DNA of 63,889 nucleotides, filler included, from Octopus bimaculoides (taxonomy: Eukaryota): assembly GCF_001194135.2 (NCBI RefSeq). It is 8 parts of 8 records of this genome, joined end to end, with 100 filler letters (N's around TTAATTAATTAA, not from the genome) between each part and the next. Parts side by side here need not be neighbours in the genome. Positions count along the whole stretch, not along the records: positions 15,548 to 43,094 come from NC_068990.1; 7 more parts are not named here. One strand, 5' to 3'. Shown in pieces: positions 25,373 to 36,559 of the stretch (positions within the stretch are counted from its first letter, which is position 1; each line of letters opens with the position of its first letter). Made by a program: the position numbers and the translations under genes. The notes under the pieces are model-generated. The model was not told the DNA's origin and did no database searches. It saw only the letters and a program-made list of their open reading frames with translations.

Positions 25373-26610
25373 AAATTGAATGAAATTTAGTAGTATTTTA
25401 CAATGTCTAATGAATTAAAAATTATTTTTATGCATTTGTGTTCATTTAAACTAATTAAATATTATTTTACAGAATAATAGAATTAAAATTTCTTTGATTA
25501 AAACCCTTTCTAACATGGAAGTATCCAAAGAGCATTTAAGGTACATAATGTTTTATGAGTACAAAACAAGGAAACTCTGCAGCCGAAGTAACTTGAAACA
25601 TACAGTCAGTTTATGGGAAAGAATGCTTGAATGAAAGAACTTGCAGAAGATGGTTTGCAAAATTCTGAAGTGGAGATTTCAGCCGTGAAGATGAAGATCG
25701 AACAGGACGTCCAGTTGAGTTTGATGATAAATTACTTGAAGAAAATCCTGCATTATCAGTTGAAGAATTGGCAATAAAGCTTACATCAAACGATACAACT
25801 GTTCATCATCATCTTCAACAACTTGGAAAGGTTCCTAAACTTGGAAAATGGGTGCCTCATGAATTGTCCGAAATCAACTGCAAATCCTGAGTTGACATCT
25901 GCTCTTCTCTCTATTCTCGCAAACTTATTTCACCCTTTTTGGATATACTTGTGACTGGTGACAAAAAATGGATCTTCTATCGAAATGTTAAATGTCGTAA
26001 ACAGTGGCTTGGTAAAAAGGGAAAAGGCTCAACCACAACCAAGAAAGGAACTTCATGGGAAAAAGGTTCTTCTCTCTATCTGGTGGGATTGCAAAGGAAT
26101 AATTCACTTTGAATTGTTACCACCTAATGCAACAATCAATGCTTAAGTCTTCTCTCAGCAATTAGAGCATTTGAACCAAGCTTTGAAGAAAAAAAGACAC
26201 ACTTTAGTGAATTGGAAAGGAGTGATGTTTCATCAGGACAATACGCGACCCCACACTACAAAGATCACATCACAGAAGATCAAAGAGCTTGGTTGGGAAA
26301 AAATCCTTCATCCACCTTATTCTTCCGACCTTGTTCCTTCAGACTATCATTTGTTTCGTAGTTTACAGAATAATTTAGGGGACATAACTTTCGCAAGCCA
26401 GGAGGAAGTTGAAACTGACATTTCAGAGTTCTTCGCTTTGAAGCCAAAAGAGTTTTACATTGATGGGATTATAAAGCTTGAAAATAGATGAAAGGAAGTC
26501 ATCGATAATCAGGGAAAGTACATTGATGATTGAATTTCAATTAAACATAACACTTGATCACTTGTTTCCTTTATTCAGAATTCAGACAGAACTTATGGGA
26601 TGACCTGATA
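25373..26610 (+). mobile_element. Near-full-length, frameshifted mariner (DD34D)
   Basis: ATG at 25515 (MEVSKEHLRYIMFYEY); VTGDKKW; WWDCKGIIHFELLP; HQDNTRPH-(34 aa)-PSDYHLFRSLQ; right TIR aacttatgggatgacctga|TA; the left TIR probably lies in the 10-N gap. Confidence 0.95.
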
Positions 26611-26809
26611 TATATATATGCACATGGGTTATGTATTTGTAAAGGTATATATATATATATATATATAATTTAAAGAGAGAGGAGAGAGATAAGCAGATGT
26701 GTGTGTGTGCATATATATATATGAGACAAAATAGGTTCAAAAAGAACAATTCAAACTTTTTGAAGGATCCAAAAAGAGAGAAAACATAATTTTCAATAAA
26801 AAATCATCA

Positions 26810-26842
<33 letters not shown>

Positions 26843-27334
26843 NNNNNNNNNNNNNNNNNNNNNNNNNNNNNNNNNNNNNNNNNNNNNNNNNNNNNNNNNN
26901 NNNNNNNNNNNNNNNNNNNNNNNNNNNNNNNNNNNNNNNNNNNNNNNNNNNNNNNNNNNNNNNNNNNNNNNNNNNNNNNNNNNNNNNNNNNNNNNNNNNN
27001 NNNNNNNNNNNNNNNNNNNNNNNNNNNNNNNNNNNNNNNNNNNNNNNNNNNNNNNNNNNNNNNNNNNNNNNNNNNNNNNNNNNNNNNNNNNNNNNNNNNN
27101 NNNNNNNNNNNNNNNNNNNNNNNNNNNNNNNNNNNNNNNNNNNNNNNNNNNNNNNNNNNNNNNNNNNNNNNNNNNNNNNNNNNNNNNNNNNNNNNNNNNN
27201 NNNNNNNNNNNNNNNNNNNNNNNNNNNNNNNNNNNNNNNNNNNNNNNNNNNNNNNNNNNNNNNNNNNNNNNNNNNNNNNNNNNNNNNNNNNNNNNNNNNN
27301 NNNNNNNNNNNNNNNNNNNNNNNNNNTGTTCGTC

Positions 27335-27405
<71 letters not shown>

Positions 27406-28011
27406 ATATATATATTTATAAAATATAGTATAATATAATATATATATCTTTGTGTGTGTATATATTTGTATATATATATAGGTGTGTTTATATGTGTGCA
27501 AGTATATATATCTACATATATATATATATATATGAGGAATTTATATCGATATAGAAAACAAAACATGATAAATTGTTTATAAGATGTTTAGTTATACCAT
27601 CTTACATTTGATTGACAAAATATGATTATTGGTAACATAATGCAAATGACATAATCAAGATTAATGTCAAATCCTCAGAGACAGGTAACTGGTATTACTA
27701 ACATGATTTGATTGAAAAGATTTTGATAGAATTTTATCATCATGGAGATGGCTACCATCTTATCTATATAAATATATACATGTAAAGATATATTTATAAT
27801 GTATATGTGAATGCGTTTGAATATATGTATATATAATAAATATATGTGTGTGTGAGTGTGTATGTGTACGCCATAACCAGTATTTTACTGGTTATGGTAT
27901 ATAACTAGTCAGATTGTTAATGATGGTTTCTCACTGACTAATACTCTTGGCAATACTGATGATTTTTCAGACATAATGGCTAGTAGCATATAGCCTCTTT
28001 CTTGTTGGAAG

Positions 28012-28043
<32 letters not shown>

Positions 28044-28093
28044 TTTGCAAGATTTTTTATGTGAAATCGTGTGTTGAAACAGATGTTGATGTA

Positions 28094-28499
28094 CTTGGGA
28101 ACGGTCATATTGCCAGTTTAGCCAATAAAAACACATGCACTGTATATTTGGTGTTAATTTGCCTCAGTTTTATATTACATTACGTTACATTAATCCTATT
28201 TCGGCCATACACACACATGCACTTACAAAACATAGACACAAATTGAGAGATACGCATGCATAGACACATACAATAGGAATACAAAATACAAAATGGCTGT
28301 TAGTTAGCAAGGTGGGACACACATAAGAAAGGAGAAAGCAAAGGACCACTGATGAGGTCACAGAAGTGTGACGAAAGAACTCTGGCCGAAATAGGATTAA
28401 TGTAACGTAATGTAATATAAAACTGAGGCAAATTAACACCAAATATACAGAGCGTGTGTTTTTATTGGCTAAACTGGCAATATGACCATCCCCAAGTAC
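28094..28499 (+). mobile_element. Non-coding element with ~115-bp inverted arms and a central hammerhead ribozyme (Penelope-derived or retrozyme-like; MITE is the alternative)
   Basis: 28094-28207 is the near-perfect reverse complement of 28383-28496; the hammerhead core abuts the right arm. Confidence 0.75.
28343..28387 (+). ncRNA. Minimal type I hammerhead ribozyme motif
   Basis: GG(A)CCA-CUGAUGA-G-GUCACA(GAAG)UGUGAC-GAAA-GAAC-UC|UGGCC: stem I CCA/UGG (extendable to 5 bp with a bulge), 6-bp stem II, 2-bp stem III, CUC cleavage triplet at 28380-28382. Confidence 0.8.
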
Positions 28500-28506
28500 A
28501 ACAACA

Positions 28507-28539
<33 letters not shown>

Positions 28540-28787
28540 ATCCTGGTTGACTTGGTGATGGTAAAATTCTGGAGCAAAAATGTAATGGAAAATTATAACA
28601 TTTTTCAGGAGGGCAGGAAGAGTTGCCTCTCATGGAATGATGTCAACTGTGCATATGAACATATTTGTCATTCCCTTGTCTGTAAATGGGGATGACCATG
28701 TTGTTAAAATGCATTTTCTTTATGAAGGTAGCAATGAAATATTTCTCACACACACACACACACACATAGATATATACATATATAGAT

Positions 28788-28837
<50 letters not shown>

Positions 28838-28854
28838 TATGTATGTATGAACAT

Positions 28855-28900
<46 letters not shown>

Positions 28901-30815
28901 TATGTATGTATGAACATAGGTATATATATATATGCATAAACATATCTGCATGTATTTATATAAGTGTGTGTTTGTGTATATGTTTATATGTGTATGTGTA
29001 TGTATGTGTATTATATGTATGTATTTGTATATTTATATGTATAGCCTTGCACCTTTGGAGACATGCGAAGAAACAGTTTGATTACTTGAAAAAGAAGTAA
29101 AGGATTATGTCATTATTTATAAATAACACATCACCATCATCGTCATCATGATTTCAGCATCCACTTTTCCATGCTTGCATGGATCGAATGGCAATTTTTT
29201 GAGGAAGATTTTGTAATCCCTGTATGTTTCTAAGTAAAGTAATATTTCTCCATGGCCAGGCATGTTTTCACAGAATATTGCAAGTGAATGCAACAGTTAC
29301 AGTGTCAAGAGATAAGAACACAAACATACATGCAGACACATGCGTGCATATGACAGGCTTCTTTCAGTTTCCGTCTATCAAATTCAGTCACACGGCTTTG
29401 ATCAACTCTGGGCTGTAGTAGAAGTTACTTGTCCAGAGTGTCACAAAGTGGGACTGAGCCCAAAACCATGTGGTTGAGAAGCAAAGTTCTCATAACACAT
29501 CCACAGCTCTGCTATATATGTGCGTGTATGTTTGTAGTTATATATATATGTGTGTGTGTATTTATATATGTATCTGTGTTTACTTCTTTGTCAATATATT
29601 TCAGGAATTATTATTCTCATTGTTATTGTTGTTTTCAACTCAAGATTGGCATCTATATTCAGCTTATCAAAGGCATTCAGATACAACTACAGTCTTCAGC
29701 TTTTAAAAGGCCACCATGTCCCCTATGTCCTTCTTCCTTCAGATGGATGGTTGTTTGAAGCAGACCACAATAATGTTGGGGACTCTTTTGCTCATGCACT
29801 TTTTTTGTTACCATAGTTTCAGGTGTTTAGGAAGACATAAGATGGACATGATTAAGTCGTAGATTGATGCTATTTTATTTCACATCCCTCAGTTTAAGTT
29901 GACTGAATCCCACAGAAATTAACTTTGATTAAATTTGTACCATAGATAGACACTCTTGTTGAAATATGTTTGACTTTGCTCCCTTGATTAATTGGCATTG
30001 TGCCTTGCCAAAAGTAATCCTTATAAATATTGAGAAGAGACAGTATCGCATATCAGAGTGAGAGTTTTACATGTTTTACTCCTCTATTTTTTTTTATCGT
30101 TATTGCCCTCAAATCTTACTAACATTAGTATTTTTCTTTCATCTCTCTTTCTCTGGAAATAATAAAGTAATTATCAGTTATATAATTATACTTGTGCTTA
30201 AAAATTTCCAAATAAAATACCTCCTGCTAAACAAACAACGAAACCAAAACATTGTTAGAATCATCAAGGTAAACATTATCATTGGGTTGAGAGGTAAGCT
30301 CCCTGCAAGTGCAATAGCCATTCCACTTCATTTATGTTGCTAATGCACTTTGATAAGTACCAGATGCTGCATTCACCTGTTCTTTCTACGCAATGTGTTT
30401 GAGATTTTATCACTTCCATTACTGAAGGAGACTGGAAGTGAGCCACTCTAGATTATTCACAATATTTGGTTACATCCATTTATATTCTAAGTTAAATAAC
30501 AAACAATTTGATGTTATTGTGCTGTGTGTGTGTCATCCGTCTGGGGATGATAAAAGTAGCAACTAGCTACTTGTCAGTTAAATCAGCTACCAACCAAAAT
30601 ATGTAACTCAGTGGTTATGTTAGAAATAATTGTCATTGTTAAAGTAATATAATTGTGTGTATGTGTGGGTGTGTGAGACTTTGTCTCCAAGATATCAAAA
30701 AAAAAAAAAAAAAAGTTACTGCTGAATTGGAATCAAGTGTCTCTCATGTCCTATGCTACCTGTTGTTTTATATGAGTTAATAATGAACTGGAAAATATGA
30801 GGCAAACTCTATATA

Positions 30816-31292
30816 CAGAGTGTCCCAAAAATCACTATATACTTTCTTTTCTCTATTTCATTTCAGGTATCATTCTGAGAGACTTGAGGCTACCAGCATT
30901 TGACACCTTAGGCTTTTCAGTTTTTGTAAGTGCATCATTCCCTTGCCCATGGTACACCATACCACCAGCTTCAGAGAGCCTTGTTCATGTTCGAGAATTT
31001 CTGCTGTTTTTGATTTTCCCCAAATTCGACAATAGTGTCGGTTTACCTGACCAGAGAGATGAAAGATAGACTCATTACTGAACCAAAAGTTTTCCAAGAA
31101 CTGAGAGTCATTTTGGTAATGGTGGAGGAGTGATTCACACATTTCCACACCACAAGCATCATAATCTTCCGCAATGGAATGATACACTTACAAACACTAA
31201 GGTGTCAAATGCTGATAGCCTCACATCTCTTCAAATGATACCTGAAATGAAATAGAAAAAAGAAAGTGTATAGTGACTTTTGGGACACCCTG
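30816..31292 (-). mobile_element. Internally deleted Tc1/mariner-superfamily element with ~95-bp TIRs and TA target duplication
   Basis: TA|cagagtgtcccaaaaatcactata...tatagtgacttttgggacaccctg|TA; internal FWFSNESIFHLSGQVNRHYCRIWG..LKLVVWC (FSDEAHFHLxGxVN..CRIW motif). Confidence 0.9.
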
Positions 31293-32122
31293 TATGTACA
31301 TACAATATCTATTTANNNNNNNNNNNNNNNNNNNNNNNNNNNNNNNNNNNNNNNNNNNNNNNNNNNNNNNNNNNNNNNNNNNNNNNNNNNNNNNNNNNNN
31401 NNNNNNNNNNNNNNNNNNNNNNNNNNNNNNNNNNNNNNNNNNNNNNNNNNNNNNNNNNNNNNNNNNNNNNNNNNNNNNNNNNNNNNNNNNNNNNNNNNNN
31501 NNNNNNNNNNNNNNNNNNNNNNNNNNNNNNNNNNNNNNNNNNNNNNNNNNNNNNNNNNNNNNNNNNNNNNNNNNNNNNNNNNNNNNNNNNNNNNNNNNNN
31601 NNNNNNNNNNNNNNNNNNNNNNNNNNNNNNNNNNNNNNNNNNNNNNNNNNNNNNNNNNNNNNNNNNNNNNNNNNNNNNNNNNNNNNNNNNNNNNNNNNNN
31701 NNNNNNNNNNNNNNNNNNNNNNNNNNNNNNNNNNNNNNNNNNNNNNNNNNNNNNNNNNNNNNNNNNNNNNNNNNNNNNNNNNNNNNNNNNNNNNNNNNNN
31801 NNNNNNNNNNNNNNNNNNNNNNNNNNNNNNNNNNNNNNNNNNNNNNNNNNNNNNNNNNNNNNNNNNNNNNNNNNNNNNNNNNNNNNNNNNNNNNNNNNNN
31901 NNNNNNNNNNNNNNNNNNNNNNNNNNNNNNNNNNNNNNNNNNNNNNNNNNNNNNNNNNNNNNNNNNNNNNNNNNNNNNNNNNNNNNNNNNNNNNNNNNNN
32001 NNNNNNNNNNNNNNNNNNNNNNNNNNNNNNNNNNNNNNNNNNNNNNNNNNNNNNNNNNNNNNNNNNNNNNNNNNNNNNNNNNNNNNNNNNNNNNNNNNNN
32101 NNNNNNNNNNNNNNNNNNNNNN

Positions 32123-32160
<38 letters not shown>

Positions 32161-32334
32161 GCACACACACATACATATACATACATGCTGAACTGTGGTG
32201 AAAAATTTAATAAATGGGAATTTTGTTGTTGTTGAACCAATTATTTTTGTTGTTATTGTTATCATTGTTAAAAAAAGAAATGTTTACATAGTCATATATT
32301 GTCAATGAGCTCTAACAGTTATACATGACCTCAT

Positions 32335-32600
32335 CATCATTATCATTTAACGTTTTGTTTTCCATGCTGGCATGGGTTGGATGGTTTAACAGGAGCTGGC
32401 CAGCTGAAAAGTTGTCCATGTTCCTTTTGTCTGTTTTGGCTTGATTTCTATGGCTGATGCTCTTCCTAATGCCAACCAATATACAGAGTGCGTTGGGTGT
32501 TTTTACATGACAGTGGCATGGGCACTTTTATGTGGCACCAACACAACCACTTTTATGTGGCATGGATATGGGTGCTTTTACATGACACCAGAACCCACAA
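32335..32600 (-). mobile_element. RTE LINE 3' UTR fragment
   Basis: catcatcattatcatttaacg..ttccatgctggcatgggttggatgg...ttcctaatgccaacc is the reverse complement of the RTE tail. Confidence 0.75.
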
Positions 32601-33282
32601 GCCCACAAAATTCCGATCACTCTGCTGAGAGAGAGGGATGTAGAAGGCATGCCTGAATGCATAGACAGCCAACAACTCATAACTCAGTTGATTACCTCCT
32701 ATTCCCACCTCTACACTAATTACTACTCCTATTTATTGATTTGTTGTATTGCTCCACTCCTCTCTTCTTGTTCACATATTTCAGCAACGACTCATCCACA
32801 CATACTATACATGCTCTTCTCAACCTTTCTTTCTTTCAGAAACCTTACAAAATATGTGAAACCAAACCACAATGAAAATGAAAGGTTATTTGGTAAAGTT
32901 CAAGTTGCTAGGCTGTTACAACCTTCCACACACTGATGGGCAAAACATTTGTGTCAATTCAACTGTTATATTTTTTTTTAACCTACATGCTTTGTAAGGA
33001 TATCAAATTACCAGAAAGAGACTATTGGGTGCAGCTTTCTGGATGCTGGCATTTTGGCACAACTGACTGAACAGTGAATCTGTTTTGGCAACAGTACTTT
33101 TTGACACTGTAAGCAAGCACACCAACACATGCAGAAATATACTCATACAGAGAGGAAGAGAGGGGAATATCATAATTTATTACTTGAAGACAACTGACAT
33201 TAAACACTTTTCCTCTCTTGATTTTAGTTTTGATCATGTGACTTTGATTGTCTCGATTCCTGTTATTAGCTAGAGAGAGAGA

Positions 33283-34345
33283 ATGGACAGCAAATTTATA
33301 AAACCAAATTTGTTCATCGCTGATCCAAGTTTGAGTCAAGCTTCAAAAGAATGGAAATATTGGTTCAGAATTTTTATAAATTTTTTATAATCATTTCCTG
33401 CTGAACCGCCTATCACTGATGAAAGCAAGCTTAGGTGTTTAATAGCGCACATAGATAAAAACGTTTACGAACTCATAAGTGAATGTGAAAATTACGCAGA
33501 AGTAATTCAAACTCTAGAGAGACTGTATGTGAAACCCTTGAACATTATTTTTGCGAGACACCTTTTAATGACATGCAAACAAGAACCAGGTCAATCAGTT
33601 GACTATTTACAGAAATTGAAATGACTAGCTAAAGATTGTGGGTACAGAGCAGTGGACAATGAGACTCACAAAAATGAAGCTGTTTGTGATGCATTTATCT
33701 CAGAATTAATGTCATCTTCAACTCACTTTAGATTTTTAGAAAATGTTCAAGATGCAGCGATAACTTTAGAAGTGATATTTAACCAAGCTCGCACGCTGGA
33801 AGTTGCTCAAAGGAAGAACATAATCAAAATTTAAAACATTTTCTTCAAGTTACTAAAGACTGTAATTTAACTATTAATGATGACAAATGCATTTACAGCA
33901 CTACACTGATTTGATTGCTTGGCTATGAAATTCAAAATGGTAACTTGAATCCTGACCCTGACTGGGTAAAACTCTTACTAGAACTACCTATTCCTAGTAC
34001 CCACAAAGCATTGAGTCGAATTGTTGGGCTATTTGCAGATTATTCCAAATGGATTCCAAGATTCTCTGTCAAGATAAAGCCATTGGTTGATACTAAATAT
34101 TTTCCTTTCAGTGAACAAGTCTTGTCAAGTTTAAAAACTTTACGAGATGATTTAGCAAATGCTACCTTAATACTGATTGATGAAAGCCTTTCTTTCTCAA
34201 TAGAAACAGATGCATTGGAGATAGCTATATCTGGCATTTTACACCAAAATGGAAAGCCAGTTGCATTTTTTCAAGAACCCTCAACCCAAGTGAGCATCGT
34301 TATTCTTATATTTCAAAAGAGGTGACAGTAATTGTAGAATCTGTG
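33283..34345 (+). mobile_element. Internally deleted Gypsy LTR-retrotransposon (gag joined to the RT end and RNase H)
   Basis: MDSKFIKPNLFIADP..KEWKYWF..IIFARHLLMTCKQEPGQSVDYLQKLK..CDAFI (gag); LGYEIQNGNLNPDPD..VGLFADYSKWIPRFS..FSIETDALEIAISGILHQNGKPVAFF (pol). Confidence 0.9.
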
Positions 34346-35074
34346 AGAAAATGGTCCATGCAAAATGTCAGCAATGCCTGTGCATGAGGTTATTGCACTG
34401 AAGGTTGACTTCATCTAAGTTTGTACCTACAGCTTCTATGCTTGCTGTAGCAGCCTCCTACTCAACTGGGCATCAGAAAGTCGCCTCACCAGTGATTGTG
34501 CAACTTAAAAGTTTAGGTCCAATAAAGATTGCACAACACCCACACACAGACCCTCTCCACCCTATCGATATGATGCAGAGACAAGCCAAGGCAAGATATC
34601 TAGTACCAATATAGGTTGCTGGTTCAGGTGTGCGATAGCACCATAATCTCAAGTGCAAGCAAAAAATACCCCAAAATGTTCAATACTATTCCCTGCATAT
34701 CAGGTTTTATACCAGAGTAGCCTTCTCCTAGAGACATGCTATAACAAAAGCTGAGGGGTACTTCACTCCCTGTGGTCTTCCGTGGTATTCCAGAATGTTA
34801 GAAACCAATCCAGAATTTCTGAGGGCCTATGCTATTGCTAGATAGTCATTGAATCTCCTCCAGGTTCATCCATCCCTTTGACAGGTCTTGTTTTTAGTCC
34901 TTGTGGGTTTCTAGCTACTCTCCTCACCAGGAGCAGTTTAGTCACCAATGACCCGACTATGCAACAGGCTGTGCTAGATTACATATTACCAGTAGCACTC
35001 ATAAGAATGACCTGACACTACATGCATGCATGCATACATACATACACGAATGCATGCATGCATACATACATACA

Positions 35075-35456
35075 TGTTGGTACTCCGTCGCTTACGACGT
35101 CGAGGGTTTCAGTTGATTCAATCAACGGAACAGCCTGCTCGTGAAATTAACGTGTAAGTGGCTGAGCACTCCACAGACACGTGTACCCTTAACGTAGTTC
35201 TCGGGGATATTCAGTGTGACACAGTGTGACAAGGCTGGCCCTTTGAAATACAGGCACAACAGAAACAGGAAGAAAGAGTGAGAGAAAGTTGTGGTGAAAG
35301 AGCACAGCAGGGTTCGCCACTATCCCCTGCCGGAGCCTCGTGGAGCTTTAGGAGTTTTCGCTCAATAAACACTCACAACGCCCGGTCTGGGAATCGAAAC
35401 CATGATCCTATGACTGTGAGTCCGCTGCCCTAACCACTGGGCCATTGTGCCTCCAC
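35075..35456 (-). mobile_element. Full-length tRNA-Arg-like-headed SINE
   Basis: Minus strand begins gtggaggcacaatggcccagtggttagggcagcggactcacag (A box) .. ggtttcgattcccagacc (B box); near-identical to 53233-53557. Confidence 0.9.
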
Positions 35457-35461
35457 ATACA

Positions 35462-35830
35462 TACATATTGGTGGAACAATTCTATCAAAACACCTGTTAA
35501 GTGTAAGCATGATAGGCTGCATATTGTTGTTTGGGAGAAACAAGAGAAAGTATGTACTGTTATAGCGGTCAATTGTCCTGCTGATGTAAGTGTCTCTTTG
35601 AAAATCAAAGAGAAAGAGGATAACAATGGACAACTTCTCCCAAACTGCCTGCTTGTATATCTAGACTATAAATTCACATTTAAACCAATAATAATTGGTG
35701 CCTAAATGATAATATGTATAAGCTCAGATTTTCAGAAAAAGAAATCAACCACCTAGCTCACACATTACAAATACAATCTGTTAAGTGGAACAGTCAAAAT
35801 ATACCAGACTTTTCTCATGTTCAAAATGTG
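35462..35830 (+). mobile_element. R4/Dong-clade non-LTR 3' fragment (restriction-like endonuclease)
   Basis: YWWNNSIKTPVKCKHDRLHIVVWEKQEKVCTVIAVNCPADV..KEKEDN..YKFTFKPIIIGA; homologous to 37980-38370. Confidence 0.8.
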
Positions 35831-36044
35831 ACTTTGTTTTTGTTATTTACATTCCAATGATGGAGCTTTGTATCTTTATTAAAAACCAGCTCCTTCCTCA
35901 AGGGAAGAATTCAAATAATTAGAAACAGAAGAGAACATACATACATACAAACATACATATACATATGCACACATACACATATACCCATATACATACATAC
36001 ACCCATATATACATATATAATACATGGTTAAAAAAACTGGCAGC

Positions 36045-36364
36045 CTGTCAGTTACAATGATAAGTATTCCAGTTGATCCATTCACTGGAACAGCCTGTTC
36101 ATGAAGTTAATGTGTAAGTGGCTGAGCACTCCACTGACATGCATACCTTAATGTAGTTCTCAGGGAGATTCAGTGTGACACAGAATGTGACAAGTTTGGC
36201 CCTTTGAATTACAGGAACAACTCATTTTTGCCAGCTGAGAAGATTTCATGGAGCAACATGAAATGAGATGTCTTGCTCATGGACACAACTCGCTGCCAAG
36301 AATTGAACTCACAACCTTACAGTTATGAGTGAAATCCTCTAACCACTAAGCCACGCACCTTCAC
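36045..36364 (-). mobile_element. SINE with a different tRNA head and CORE-like domain but the same 3' module as the 35075 SINE
   Basis: Minus head gtgaaggtgcgtggcttagtggttag..gagttcaattc, then ttgtgtccatgagcaagaca; shared gtggctgagcactccac..ccttaa.gtagttctc.ggga block. Confidence 0.75.
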
Positions 36365-36520
36365 TTATATAATACGTAAATACATTCATTGAAGTCTTCA
36401 TTGAAGTCAGATGTCACTTTACCTGGAAAGAAATAATGCATGCAAGATTTCATAGCTCTAGCATCATGCCTTTATAGTCAGCCTATGAACTTTCAGCCCA
36501 CCTATGTACACACATACACA

Positions 36521-36551
<31 letters not shown>

Positions 36552-36559
36552 CATATGTA

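Noticed and set aside
28092-28498. Reading the 28 kb inverted repeat as a simple TA-flanked Tc1 MITE
   Set aside because: Not excluded, but it does not explain the intact hammerhead or the arm boundary coinciding with the cleavage site; the inverted similarity also extends a few bases beyond the TA
34380-35010. Retroelement-like unique sequence after the Gypsy remnant
   Set aside because: No motif could be assigned in any frame
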